A stretch of 64,000 bases of DNA from Eutreptiella sp. 'Long Island Sound 2002'. Its lineage: Eukaryota; Protista; Euglenida. Of the stretch, positions 22,601 through 36,530 are shown piece after piece. The number at the start of each line of letters is the position of its first letter. The first letter of the stretch is position 1. The notes beneath the pieces were generated by a model. That model was given only the letters and a program-made list of their open reading frames with translations, was not told where the DNA came from and did not search any database. The stretch lies in contig OZ038378.1 in NCBI GenBank assembly GCA_964036045.1, positions 2,480,001 through 2,544,000 on the forward strand. The letters are read 5' to 3'. Both the position numbers and the translations under genes were made by a program.

Positions 22601-25059
22601 TGTGTGCAGATGTGCCAACAAGCACAACCGAAAAAACGACTGGCAGCAGGAAGATCGCTGGTGCCCTTGTGCCCCCACCAAGGCACAGGGAGCAAGGACG
22701 GGAGGAATGGAATCTAAGCTGAGCACTTCCAAGACACAATGACCCAAGGCAGTGTGGCTTTTGCCACGAAGCGCCAACAAGAGTGCTCAGGTAGGCTGCT
22801 GCACGTTGGGTTTTGTCAACTTGTGGCACCCCCGCACTATTGTAGGAATCCACGGCCAGGAACAACCAAAAGCCCCAACCCGGGGAATGCTTTTGCCTGG
22901 CCCGATGGTAGCCTCAATAGATCAAGGAGCTGTGGCGGGCAACTCCCCATCGGAATCTAAGCTAGGCACCTCCAAGACACACCCCTGAGGTGCCACCACT
23001 CAGTGAGCCCGCTTCTTGGGTATGGGTCCTTTATTGGAGATATGGGGAACACACCAAAATACCCCAAGTTGCTCCAGAGGAGAGTCCCAAGGCTGGAAGC
23101 CTGGTAGCTTAAGTTGGTCAATGACCTTAGCATTGCACGTGGTGCTCTACCGTCGTCCCATCAAAGAAACTACGGACCCGCCGGCATGCTGTGGGAACAG
23201 TTGCACAAAGAAAAGGAGGGCATGAGGTGGCAGCACTAACATGCATTGAGAGCCACATATACCTACATAGCCACATACAGACATCTTGAGTCGCATGACT
23301 TACCACATGGATTCAATTGAATCCTAAGAGAGCCGCATCATGTGCACCAAAATGGGATGTTAGATACTGGTGCTGGACAAATATCAGGAACCCCGGTTAC
23401 TACAACAGCACCACATGACTCAGTACATCCAAAATATAGTACAACAACAATACATCAACGTGAAGGAGCAAACGTGCGCACTGTACAAAGTAAATCGGCA
23501 GTACGGCTGGCTGGATCACCGCTCTCAACAACACCAGGACACGTTGGGGCGCCCATTTCCACACACATGACACATGCAGGACGCTTGTACAAGCAACAAG
23601 AGTGGTGGCTGCAGCATACCCAAGACATGCGCAACATACTGAAGCACTTGACACTAACATGCCAATGTGGGACTCAGCACATAGCCCCTTTGTGGGTCAC
23701 GGGCATAGACATGTTGAGCCTTTTTGAACTAAAAACAGAAGGTGCTGGGACTGTCTTGCCCATTTCACCCAGCTTGATACTACAACACACCTGGGATGGT
23801 GATATTGCTCACTTGCATGGAGGCCACCTCACCAAGCTGCAAACAAACAATCCACCTGAGCACAGGCACCCAAAGCCATAGCCGCAGGTAGGTGGCCACA
23901 CACACCTACCCGATCAACTAGCACACCCGGAGCTTTGGGTGGTACTAGCGGAAGCCAGACTTTGGGGGCCCTACCATCTACTAATGCGGCCCTAACATCC
24001 ACTGATGCAATGGGGTGATGACTGGACCACGCCATAGAAGATCCTTCGAGGCCCGGACTGCGAAGATGATGGCACGAAGAGTTGCAACAAGGGCCCTTTG
24101 TGCAAAGGCTGCAAGCAGCGACATGTGCAAGCCATACTACATTGCAAAACGGGTGACTTCTGCTCTGCAAACCGGGATTCCTCTCTACTCATTGTGAAGT
24201 AAGGAGCTCACAATAGCCACACTGAGCACACTAGCACTTGGGGCAATGCCTACATCTACAGCACACACACACCCCACCATGGGAGCATTGGCAATGCCAA
24301 TCTAATCCCAAATGCACCACACCGACATGTCACCAGCATCAATGAGGGCATGCTAATGCTTTACCCGTGCTCCTTTGGGTGCTAACTCCTGCCCAACGGC
24401 CAATATAGGCGAGCAAGGGTTATGTAGCATTTTGATTCCTCTTAATTTTCTTCAACACAATTGAAAGGATTCAACCTATCAACCAACCGGATTTCTTGCA
24501 CAACATGATATAGAAATTCTTCAACATGGGCCACACTTTGCCACCAAACAACCTCCAAACACTTCCTGATGGGGGTGTGTCCTTCATCATCATGCAATTT
24601 TGTATTTCAGCCAGAAATCTAATTGTTATTTTTTTTGAGTTCTGACACTGAATAGTTCGGCCATCAAGGCAGACAGTGTACATAGGCGGCTAGGCCTAGG
24701 AAGTATGTACAGTAAGGGTTGGTTGGCCACTGGATGGGATGCGGGTCAGGCACTTCTCCACAAGGGAGAGTCCAATGGGGGCGCGTACCCTGATTGCACT
24801 GTACACTCGATGCAGGAGGTGGGGCCTGCCACGACCACAAAGGTCAACACCTGTAATGTAAGAACTGATGGAACATGCAGGAGTAGATACAGAAGCTCAG
24901 AGTGCAGAATCTACAGACTCATACATCTGGGCTACAGGTAAGCGACAGTAAGGGGGTTCACCAGTGGAGTTCCCTGATTGGGGACCCCGTGAGCTGGATA
25001 AACAGGGCGTCCTCATGGGCTCTGTCGGGGGAACCAGTCAGCTGGACCACGTTGGGACT

Positions 25060-25560
25060 CTAGGGAAGGCGCCTTTGGCGTCTGCCAGATCGGGCGTCTG
25101 GAGACAATGAGCGGCGGCGCTTCAGTTGCAGGACCCTGAGTGCCGTTGTTTCGTCAGCCAGGTGACGGCCTTTCTCCCTCCATGCCACCTCCTGCCAGTG
25201 ATCTGTTAAAGTGGCCCAGTGGACCCATAGGCGTGTCAGGTGATGTTCCTTGCAAAGGGCCAACCATTGGGAAAAAATGTGGCGTTTTGGGGCACTAGTG
25301 AGGCACATGCCTTATTGAGGCGTGAGCACACCAACGTCGCGTGCCAGTGGCGGATCGCTCGTGAGGTGGATTGGAAGGCTCTATCATACAGTCTGCCCGC
25401 CTCTTCCATGGATCCGTTGAGCCACTGTTCAAGAAATTTTCCTGATGCGCTATATCTCCCGCCTAAATGCACTCCTAAGGGACGCGCGACGCGCACTAAT
25501 GCATTGCTACAAGGTCCTACGCCCTCATAGTCTCACTGTCCTGCAAGGTCACGGCCTGGG
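25060..25560 (-). mobile_element. Possible 3' remnant of a non-LTR element
   Basis: Trp-rich coding-like frames end in an Arg-rich tail (RSGRRQRRLP*), resembling the tail of the 281-6560 element. No catalytic motif is visible. Confidence 0.25.
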
Positions 25561-28500
25561 TGCAGGCCATGCTAGCGGCGTGGAAGCCCCATATGTTGTC
25601 TGTTCGGTACAACTTCCGCACATCAGGTTGCCCGTCAGGGATGCAGTTGGTTTGAATTTAGAGGTACAAAACATTTGGAAATAGCTTTAAACAATCAAAA
25701 ATATCAAACAAAATTAGTAGGGATTTGTGTTGTTGACATTTACTACAAAAACAGGATGAAGATATGCGAGCAAGGTAGAGTAGAGTGTGGAGTTTGAAAT
25801 ATCTTTGTTTTGTCATTCCTCGCACATCGTGATTCACCAACATAATATCTACAGTGCCATCGAGTGTATCCCACTCACTGAGTGTTAGATTACTTCCTCA
25901 CCACCTGCCGTAGCTGCATTCCTCACTGGCGTTGCTCACTAGCTGATTGCCTGCTGCAATCTAGCTTTGGATACACGAAGACAAAGCATCATAATGAAAC
26001 AATGGCAAACTCATATAATATCTATGACACCGTGGCCCTCAAATAGAAAAGGTTTGTGTGCGCACAAGTGTGCACAAGAGTTGCAAATGAGTGTGAACCT
26101 CCTATAAAACCCAAATATGCTAATCCCAAGTTCTTGATGATAGGCATGCTACGAGTCCACATCCTTTTTTTAGGTAGTTTCTTGTCCTTTTCCGAGGTAG
26201 GCTGTCTATGAAGTGCGGATGGGTTGGCTTTTCGGTGTGGTACTATGTGGCTAGGCTGTTAGGTGCAGCTGACGGTAAAGCTGTCCATGGAGTGCTAGCA
26301 GCAGATCTACTAGGTAGGATAAGGCTGTTTGTCATGGGACTGAGTCTGGCTGTCAAAAGAAAACAGACCGGGGGGCCTGCAGATTCAACATGCCTGCTCC
26401 AATACCCAGGGCCTTCTCCACGCTCCACATGCTTATTCGCTCCCTCCAAGATGCTTTCTTAGCACCCTCAAAAATATTTTTCGGCTTCAACACAAAAGCT
26501 GGCCCATAGTGTGGCAATGTTGATGACAATGTTCCACGTCAATGCAAGCAGGACCTCCAAAGAAATTGGATGGGGGAAAACGTCTCACCCTCCATATCGT
26601 CATGGCTGTCTGATTCATGAGGTAAAAGTAATGCGGAGTGTGAGGGGGAATAATACCTTGACGTTGAAGGAGGAGGAGGTGGTATCCCAACAAGGACAAA
26701 ATTGACCTTAGCGTCCATAGTGAACTCCATATTCCTGCTATCATCCCCTTTTGATGAAGCCATGTGATTGTACTTGCAATGAACCCTCTTGTGTCCAGTC
26801 AAACACCATCAGCCCATGCCACTCACACCCGAGGAAGACAAAATACTTTGAATACAATACTTTGAAGAAAGAAAGGAGGAAATCCTGACATCCTACTGCA
26901 CTGCACACCCTGCATGCAAACCGTGCTCAACGTGCACCCCAAATGTATCTGAACCGCACAGCCTCAGTCGCAGAATTTCAAACACATTGCCCCGTGCGGG
27001 CAAAGAAAAGAAGAAGCAGGCGACCTGAGGTAATATATTTTTGCTTGTTCATGTGTTTTCTGTGATAGTGCCTGCTCTAAGCGCCGCCATCAGTTGTCAG
27101 TTCTCTTTTCTTTGTATGTGTGGGGGCAACTGCAGCGTTGCCATGCCTGTTGCTGTGTGTTTGTGCATCTGGGGGGATGCTCTGAGCGCCGCGTGCTTGT
27201 GGCTGTGTAGTAGACGCCTTCTTTTTTTCTCTTTTTCTTTTGCTAGTCAGCACCTTTCGTGATTCCGTCTCATTATGGGCAGCTTTTTCGAAGTGCTTTC
27301 ATTTTGCCCTTTGCTCTGTTTTGTCTTTCGTCTGTGATGTGCCCCTGTGAGCTTCGGTTTATTGTTGGTGCCCCTGCCTTTTGTCAGGGTCATCGGGCCA
27401 AGTTTCAAATCAAATGTTGAAGTCACTGCACAACATCCAATTTTGTATGGTGTGTGCCTTTTTGCTGCCCTCCCTTCTAAGGCTTCTGTTTCATCTCCCT
27501 TTCATTTTGCTTTTTCTTCCTCTCCCTGTGTCTTCTTTGCGGACAGAAATGGATTGAATCAATGTAGTTTCACCATCGGCCACCATTCAAAACCAGAGGA
27601 CAGGACGAAATCTGTGAAGCATACATGATTTTTTGAGGGATGGTCATATGTTGTGGGTACTGAAATGACATCCAATGTGGGCACAGAGCATACAGCAAAA
27701 GCATACCCAATCAGAATGAGATCCGAGCAAATCAGCAACTTGCTCTGGCAGTGCGAGCTAAGTAACACGATCAAAAAGATGCAGATCCCAGAAATGCCGG
27801 AATTGAAATTTCATCCAAGATAAATGGAAATGCATAAAATGGAGTAGATGTGAGATCCCACATCTCCTGGTGGGGATGTTCATGATGCACAAATGTCCCC
27901 AATGGCCCTATCACGAATCGTCGCGGGTCAGACCTATTCTCATCCCCACAGCAAAAGCTGAATAATATCACTGTGACCTTCATGGGATCACGGAATTGAG
28001 ATGGAATGAATATGACCATATGAGATACCAGTTCAATGCATCAATTGAACAACCAGTCAATCCCAATGTACTGATGTCCTTGCAAGCAGAAAGCTTATGC
28101 GATGCACTGACGTCATCACGACACTACAATGGGATCCGCCACCGCATGCAGATCCAATAGAACACCCAATTAATACCAAACGCTCTGATGTGTTTGCAAG
28201 CAGGCTGCTTGACCGATATACTGGGGTCACCACGACGCTACAGTGAGATCCGCCAGGGCATGCAGTCCATCCTCACAGGACGACAGAGTACGCACACAAA
28301 CATGCACGTGCACACGAATGCATGCGCACCGATGGACAAACACAGGCACAGACCGCATGGACACGCACGCGCAGGCACACGTGTGTGGTAAAAAGATACG
28401 CGATTAGGTCTGAACTGAGGGTCAGTAAGGCCGAATGCAATGGCTTGAATCCCGGTCCACAATCCTGCGGCAATTCCGCTCAAACGTCAAATTATGCCCG

Positions 28501-29001
28501 AAGAAAAAAATGTACAGGACGCAACCATCCAGCTGGTTGTTGTCACCTGGAATTGCACGCAGCGATGTGCAGGAGTGTGGGATCACATCTGCACACATGT
28601 GGCACAGCTCAAATGGCAGCCCTGTTGGAGTCTTGGTGCAAGGTTTTAGCTGTACTCAAAGGTTCTGAAGGCGTCGTTGAATGTGGCACGATATGGCCCC
28701 CAGACAATGGTTTAAAAATTCGGCTGACAGATAAGATGAGATACTAAGATCGGGCGTTGCATGCACTTTTGCATGCAACTGGGATTCGAAGGAAGACAGT
28801 TGACAGACTTCAATGCCAGCCTTTTGAAACAATGCGCCAAGTTCCGAAGCTTGACGTGATTTTAAATTCATGTCGTTTCCATTCTGTACAGCTGGCCCAG
28901 CAAGCGTCAGTCAAAACTGTGGCGGACATTTCGGTGCAAACAAAACCAAACGCGTGCAGCGCAACTTCGTGTGTGCAACCGATTCCTTTTGCTTACTCTG
29001 C

Positions 29002-29766
<765 letters not shown>

Positions 29767-30616
29767 ACGAAAGCCCCTCCCACTCAGGCTCTCCATAAAC
29801 TGCAAGTGCAGGCGTCCCCACTGTTACACTTTGCTCTGTGCCTCCTGGTGGGGCCCCCGTGGAAAGCAAAAGGCTGGTGCTCAACAATACGGTGTTGCTG
29901 TTCGGAACTTCCACAAGGCCAAGTCCAGAATCCTGACAACGTGTGTGTGTCACCAAAAGCATCGCACTGGAGATGTTACACGCATCATCCTGAGGGTCGG
30001 GAGAATGCATCGAGTGCCGCTCCTGAGCAAAGCAGAGTTTCACGAAAGCTCCCGTCAACACTTACAGCTTCATACATTGCAAACAGCTCACGCATCGGTC
30101 ACCAGTTGAAGAGTAATGAAATGCAGTCATCCCCACATACACATGTGCACACGCATGCACGCAAGCACGCACGCACACAACACCGAGCAGCACAAGGGGC
30201 CAGCAGCAACGCGAACCCACAGGAAAGCCAGGTCCAAACGCTCCGCAAACAAGTGGCGCAGGGCAATGCACAAGCGGCAAGTTTCGGCGGATGGGGTCTT
30301 GGGGCGCACTCCCAGCGCTTTGGCATGCTCCTGGGAATCTCTCATTCATACGTAAAACACACGAAAAACCACCGACTAACGTCGGATCGACACCACCTCC
30401 CTCGGGATGTTCAATCATGTATCACGGCACGGATTGGTTCGACACGCGACCACCACCACCCTGAATCCTTTGACCTGCGGGTGCCGACTTGACCTGACTA
30501 GTCGAAATCACATCCGCTCTGCGAATGCGCTACAACTCGCACAGGTTTCCCTGTTGTGTCAGTGTGCCGCACCAGGTGTAGACGCAAAGAACCCAATGTT
30601 TTGCAACACTGCAATT

Positions 30617-32479
30617 TTAGTCGTCGCGCCCGGAAATGAAATCTGCAGCTGCGGCCTCTCTTTGGCTTTCCTTCTGCATCTCCCATTGCTCCAGGTAGGC
30701 CTCAACGAACTCGTCCATGTCGATGCCCCCACTGCCATCTGGGTCGAAACTGAGGAAGACTTGCTCTGCATCCTCCTCAGTGTAGCCGAGTCCCAGCTCC
30801 CGCATGGCCCCGATAAACTCATTGACATCCAACTCCCCGCTGTTGTCCGCGTCGAACTTCAAGAACATCGCAGTCGCCATCTGCCTGGGGTCAATGGTGT
30901 TCTGGATGGTGACCAGATTGTCCTTGAAGAAAGCCACGAACTCCTCTTCCTCAACATAGCCTGAGCCATCGGCATCAATGCTCTCGAACATTTCTTGGGC
31001 CTCATCAAAGGTCGCGCACACACCCAACTCTCGGATGGCATTTGTGGCTTCGTTGTTGTCCAAAAAGCCCCTCCCCTTGAGGTCAAACTTGCGGAACGCC
31101 TTGCGGGCATTGCTTTCAGCCTCTGTGTACACGGCATGCATAGTTCCCACGCGCTGGAGTCGAGGCTCAGGCTCCTCTCGTGGCGGAGGTTCAAAGACAG
31201 CGGGCGGAGCACCGGGAGGAGGAGCGGAAGGAATGTACTCGAGGAGCGAAGACTCTTTGCGAGGAGGATCCGGTGGGGGGGCTTGGGTGGCTGGTGGCAT
31301 GAACGGCGCTGGCGGGGGTTGTTGAACCGGTGAAGGAGGCGGAAAGCTTGCTGGTGGGGCTGCTTGCATGGGCGAGGAAGTCGGTCTGGGTGCTTCGTGA
31401 ACGGGATGCGACACGGGCGCCGCGACGGAATTCCGGTGAACGGGAGACCGTGGTGGCGTGGGTTGAACGGGGGGTGATGGGTGTCGAAGAGGTTCGTGCC
31501 GAACCGGAGCCGGTTCGTGCCGAACCGGAGCTTCGTAGGGGGGTTCGTACATAGGTGGATCGTCGTACGCCGGTGGTTCGTACATATGTGGTTCGTAAAT
31601 TGCCGGTGGTTCATGGAAAGCCTGATGTTGTGGCTCATGAATAGGAAAGTGTGGGGCCGGTTGGTAAGGTGCCCTACCTTGAGGAGCTAAGTCGGCAACT
31701 TCATATGGCTCTTCATATGGTGCTTCGAGGACGGGAACAGCAGCGAAAACGGGAACGCTCGCGCGCCGGGGAGGGGGGTTGTAAGGGATCTTGTTTTGGG
31801 GTGTGGAAGGTCTCCGCTCCATATGGAATTGTTCCAAGGGGGGCTCATCATAAACGGGCTCCGCTGTGAAACTTTCATACGTTTGCAAGTTAGCCTCTTG
31901 CTCTTGCCGCTCGTACTCCTGCTGTATTCTCAGGTACTCGTCACGCACAAATTCTTCGCGGGCTTGAATTTGAAGTAAATCCTGTTCCGGCAAATAAGGC
32001 GCCGCGTACTCCGCCGGTGCATACTCTAGCGGGGCGTACTCGTCTTCTTGTACACCTTGCGCAAGGAGCCTCTCCCGCTTCCGTTTGTTGATAAACGCCA
32101 CGGCGTTCATGCGATTCGCATAGCCTAGGTGTAATTGTTCCTGGGGAATTACTTCCGCATTCGATGGCTTTCGGACGTGGGCCGGGGCACTGCCGTAGGT
32201 TGCGTGTTTCATTAATGGAACTTCGCCACCGTCTTGTCCTCGTGGGGTAGAGGATCCTTGTTTGGGGTGAACGCGTCGCCACCCGGTGCCCTTGTAGTCC
32301 ACCGGCCGGTGGTACGAGACGTTCGGGCTCACGTACGTTGACACTCGCGGGGAAGCGACCACGCCACTCATGGTGGGCAACACCGATGGCCCGGGCAAAG
32401 GCGTAGATTGAATGGAGTACGGGGTCGCGTAAATTGTGGAATGTGTTGCATAATGGGAAACCGGATATTGATATTGCAT
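30617..32479 (-). CDS. Intronless Tyr/Pro-rich protein (~620 aa) with a C-terminal calmodulin-like four-EF-hand domain
   Basis: EF loops DLKGRGFLDNNE, DADGSGYVEEEE, DADNSGELDVNE and DPDGSGGIDMDE. The likely start MQYQYP (32479) is 18 nt downstream of TTTCGTTGGCAG, a trans-splice-acceptor-like site. Confidence 0.9.
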   Translation of the reverse strand: MQYQYPVSHYATHSTIYATPYSIQSTPLPGPSVLPTMSGVVASPRVSTYVSPNVSYHRPVDYKGTGWRRVHPKQGSSTPRGQDGGEVPLMKHATYGSAPAHVRKPSNAEVIPQEQLHLGYANRMNAVAFINKRKRERLLAQGVQEDEYAPLEYAPAEYAAPYLPEQDLLQIQAREEFVRDEYLRIQQEYERQEQEANLQTYESFTAEPVYDEPPLEQFHMERRPSTPQNKIPYNPPPRRASVPVFAAVPVLEAPYEEPYEVADLAPQGRAPYQPAPHFPIHEPQHQAFHEPPAIYEPHMYEPPAYDDPPMYEPPYEAPVRHEPAPVRHEPLRHPSPPVQPTPPRSPVHRNSVAAPVSHPVHEAPRPTSSPMQAAPPASFPPPSPVQQPPPAPFMPPATQAPPPDPPRKESSLLEYIPSAPPPGAPPAVFEPPPREEPEPRLQRVGTMHAVYTEAESNARKAFRKFDLKGRGFLDNNEATNAIRELGVCATFDEAQEMFESIDADGSGYVEEEEFVAFFKDNLVTIQNTIDPRQMATAMFLKFDADNSGELDVNEFIGAMRELGLGYTEEDAEQVFLSFDPDGSGGIDMDEFVEAYLEQWEMQKESQREAAAADFISGRDD

Positions 32480-35196
32480 TTCGATGCAAATTGCAAGCTG
32501 CCAACGAAAGGAAATTACACCCAAACGGCCAATGTTGATATGAAACGCTTTGTGTGCGCAAGCCGTGAGATAATCACTCAAGTTGGCCAAGCACACGGGT
32601 TCAAATAAATAGCCCTTCCTTGACAACAATTAGGTTCAAGTATTTGGCTAATTTCGGTTGAGGATTCACACCACAATTTGACGGCGGGCGTACGACTTGG
32701 CAAACCACCATCGGCTTGCAATGGCCAGAATTCGTATCAATTCTTGGCTCTTGGGACTTTTTATACCCTCCCCCCCCACGTTTCGACCGTTTTTTTAACT
32801 TTGCAACTCCTCATCTTCCAAAGTAAGTGTATTACGTCGACCACGGCAACTATGAGTCATTTGTGGTTTATGCCGGACTCGCGGGTGTTCTCGCCGGCGC
32901 CTTTGCGAAGCATTGCCGACATTCCGCACGGCGCGTGGCACTTTTGGAAGAGCTTGGAGACATCAAAACCGTTGGATGTGCTGGAGATTGCGATGAATTG
33001 TGTTAAAAAGTTTGGAGTACCTTCTTCGTTGTCCTAGGCCAAAGAACAGAACACGCTCAATTGTGCAAGTTGGATGAACGTAATCGTGTGATGGAGGGAT
33101 AAGTCCATATCCCTAATATCTTTGACCAAGCCAAGGCGCCTTGTGACATTCGAACGTGCGCGAATGCAACAATTTCTTTTACTCACCAAAGAATACTCCC
33201 TCCCCCGTGATAGTTGACCCGGGTCTCTTATTTTTTTCACCCGGAGCCAAAGCCCCGGGTCTCTTAAAATATAGTCTCTTTCTTCAAGCGTGGAGTTTGT
33301 TGACCCATTTTCAAACTCACTAAAACACGCCGCCACCAATGAGCCCACTGTTATTGATTCTCATTTTCAACCGAAAAGATTGTCTGGCGTTCCTCATGTG
33401 GTGACATCATGACATTGTCACATGAGGGCTTGGACTTTGGTTGAGTACAACTTTGTCTCCCTTTTGCGCCCCAAAAAATAAGTGGGTCTCCTAAAGCGTA
33501 CTTTCCCAAGTGGGTCTCTTATCGTGTTGGTCGGGGAACAGCTCCCAACTTGAGGTGGGTCTGTTGAAGTGCCTTTTGCTCGTGAATTTACCGTCACAAG
33601 GGGTGGAGTATGTCAAACTTATCACTAAGGAAGTGATCTGCGTTGTGATGCTTGCTTGAGAGTGGTTCATCCCCAAGTAAATGCTCGCAATGGTTGCTTG
33701 AGATGCCGAGCAAAGTCGCATGTCTTACGACATAAACACCGTCGAACATGTCGAGTGGATCTCCTTCTAGAAGTACAAGATAATGCCCACGGCAACCTCC
33801 GCCATCGCCGTCGTGCCACCACCTTACAATAACGATGCATGGCCCTCCATCCTCACGATCAATGACGGGTACAACTTCAACAGCAACAACACGAAACACG
33901 TTTAACAACATCAGCTTCATTCATAGATGCCACAACACCTGCAACGAGTATTGCACCTAGAACACAAGGTTGAGGTGAACTAATCATAACATCCCAAGTG
34001 TGTTTTTCATCCATCTTGGCAATGGTTGTAAATGGATCCGCCAGCTCTTCATGCGTATTCTTCGTGATAATTTCTTTGCGCAATGAAGTCCATGTCGGTG
34101 TGACCTACACTCCCATAACGATGGAAACAAGCATTGAATTACGTGGCGTACCATGTTTCGGATTCAATCGGAAACGTTTCTTTTGACCCGGTTGTCAAAA
34201 ATTGGGGATTTTGCTGCAGCCACCACCACGTAAATATTCTATAGTGTCTCCCAAGAACAAGGGAACCGCTGATGAGACTACTTCACTATTGAGACGGCGC
34301 CAGCCCCCCCCAAACGCAAAATCTGTGCCCAGAGGGGCCCTGCTATTACAAGTCACCCCACGAAGCTTCATGGGCCAGGATTCCTGATGAAAAGCTGCAC
34401 ATTTGCCCAGAGTTTACGTATTCATGAAGCGTGCCGCTGGGCAGGTCTCAATTCAGTAGCCAAGGTCGCTCGTGCTCAGTGAAGGAGGTGCCTGAGCGCA
34501 TCCGAGCATCCGAATTCATCTCCCAATTGCTTCGCATGATTGCGTTGGTTCTGGGGTCAAGCGGATGATTGCTGATCAAAGTCTTGGTTATTTGATTACG
34601 CATTGCGAGCGCACATTCTGGTTGCCAGCAACCCTGCTTGACAGCTCAGCCCAGTCGCTCAGGTCCGGTCCGCGCCATCCCTTGTGGTCTCTTTGATGGA
34701 TGCTTTGTTGGCACTAAGGTATGGTTGCCATTCAAGTGAAGGATTGGAGCTCGAAAAAACACTCAAGTGAAGAGGTCAGGTAAAATGCACCCGTTGAAGG
34801 CCACTTTCGATCTCGCTTTTTCTGGCCGATTTGTGCAGATTTGGGGGGCCAATTTTTTTGAGGAACAGATGCCGGTTGGCGCCTCAGATTGTTGTTCACA
34901 AAACTGTTTTTGGTCGCAGGACCGTGGAAAAAAAATTACATAGAAATGGCCTAAAAGGCGTCGCTCCAGACCCCTCGCCCCTTTCGAGGCCATCCTTGCA
35001 TCGGCGAATTTCAGCCACGGCTTTTCTTTTTTTCTTGATTTTTGGCCACAGCCTACATTGTTGAGGTAGAACACAACACATCCGCAAAAACATACAAAAA
35101 TTTTAGGCCCTTTTTAAATGTTGGAGCATGGATGTAGTGGCAAGGGGAACACCAAAGAAAACGGTTTAGGGCCCCATGGACCCCCAACAAAGCCAA

Positions 35197-35349
35197 TAAC
35201 TGGTGCTGGCGTATTTCTAACCGGTGCAGGCCTATTTCTAACTGGTGCAGGCCTATTTCTACCCGGTGCAGGCCTATTTCCAACCGGTGCATGCGCATTT
35301 CTAACCGGCGCAGGTCTATTTCTAAGCGGTGCAAGCCTATTTCTAACTG
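35197..35349. repeat. 21-bp minisatellite, 7 copies (TAACCGGTGCAGGCCTATTTC)
   Basis: Directly visible. Reads LEIGLHR heptads on minus. Confidence 0.95.
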
Positions 35350-36204
35350 TTGAAGGCTTTTTTCCTATCCTTTAAACAAAGATGCTGTCAATATGGAAAG
35401 GGTGTTCTGGCTATAGTTTTTCGCAAACGAGCAAGATAAGCATGGCAACGGCGTTGGGCATTGGAGGGAGTTGTCATGAAATGCATTGAGGTTGGGTGCA
35501 ATAGTAACAAGCTATGGCTTCTCCACCACATCACGTGATCTGACAAAGAAACAAAAGAAAAGAGGAAGAAAAAACAACACAACAAAGTTATGGAAGACGA
35601 AGATTGAAGAGAAAGTACAACATCCCCAAATGGTGTTTTTTTACTCCACAACATTAATTTCATGTGGCATGTTTGGATTTTGCAAATGAACGATGTGCCT
35701 CACTTCCGAGTTGTTTCCTTCCTCTTTCCTCCTAAGAAAGACAACTGGGACATTGCTAGGGCCATTGGTAACCAGTTTCAACATATTTTGCACAAAAAGA
35801 CAATATAAGTTCTAAGTGGCCCTCAATTAGAGCAGCGGCCTCGATTAGGGCAGTTTACCTTATGGAGGAGACACGCAAGTGAAAAAGCAACAGATGTATG
35901 ACTGAAGAAGGAGAGCGATTGGATTTGGAATGATAGGATCCAAGGGGTGGGGGGAAAATTGGCTTGCGCAGGGGGGGGGGGGTCATTGGAGCCCCTTTCC
36001 CAGACCCCCCCCTCCTTGGCTCCCGAGACGGGGCCTTGAAAAAGGTCATAGATGGTGGCAAATAAAGTTGAACTTCCATGGAGGGGGAGGGGGCAGCAGT
36101 GGTGGTATTTATGTCCGGTTAGAGAGAAACACACAGTTTGGGTTTTCGTCAGTAGCAGACTTGGATCCAAGTAGTAGGGAGGCTCTATTCACGGTGACTG
36201 GCAG

Positions 36205-36360
36205 TGGCCGAATGGTAGCGCAGCAGGCGACGGGCTTTTTGGTCGGCGGTTTGAACCCCGGTCAGATGCACATGCCGGCGGCGCCGCCGACGGCATTCAC
36301 TAGCAAAGATTGGAACCGCCAACCGCAAAAGCTGCAGCTGGCTGCGCTACCATTCGACAC
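36205..36360. mobile_element. Palindromic element made of two tail-to-tail tRNA-like arms (copy 1)
   Basis: GCCGAATGGTAGCGCAG...GGTCGGCGGTTTGAACCCCGG pairs with an inverted arm ending GCTGCGCTACCATTCGAC. A-box-like and B-box-like motifs are present. Confidence 0.6.
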
Positions 36361-36419
36361 ATGGGTTGTTGTGGTACGAATGTGCATTCCCATTGCTTGG
36401 AGCCTTCTGACTACAAATT

Positions 36420-36530
36420 ATTATACAATGCCTTGGGGTATGCTACGTGAATGACCCCAAAAAAGGAGGGTATACGACTCCCACACTTGCGCTTGATCCA
36501 ACAACCTCTCTTTGAGGTGATTGGTACTTT
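36420..36530 (-). repeat. Dispersed ~130-bp repeat family (AATCACCTCGAAG...GATCAAGCGCA...TTTTTGGGGTCATTCGC); other copies at 51860-51990 and 56885-57030 (+)
   Basis: The same motif blocks occur in the same order in three places. Confidence 0.7.

Noticed and set aside
23342-24197. Possible CRE/R2-type restriction-like endonuclease tail (KRVTSALQTG)
   Set aside because: No PD-(D/E)xK core or RT motifs were recognised.
33490-34760. Coding-like degenerate frames upstream of the EF-hand gene
   Set aside because: Multiple stops and no recognisable domain.
36205-36263. Functional tRNA gene
   Set aside because: There is no acceptor stem or intact cloverleaf; treated as a tRNA-derived repeat.
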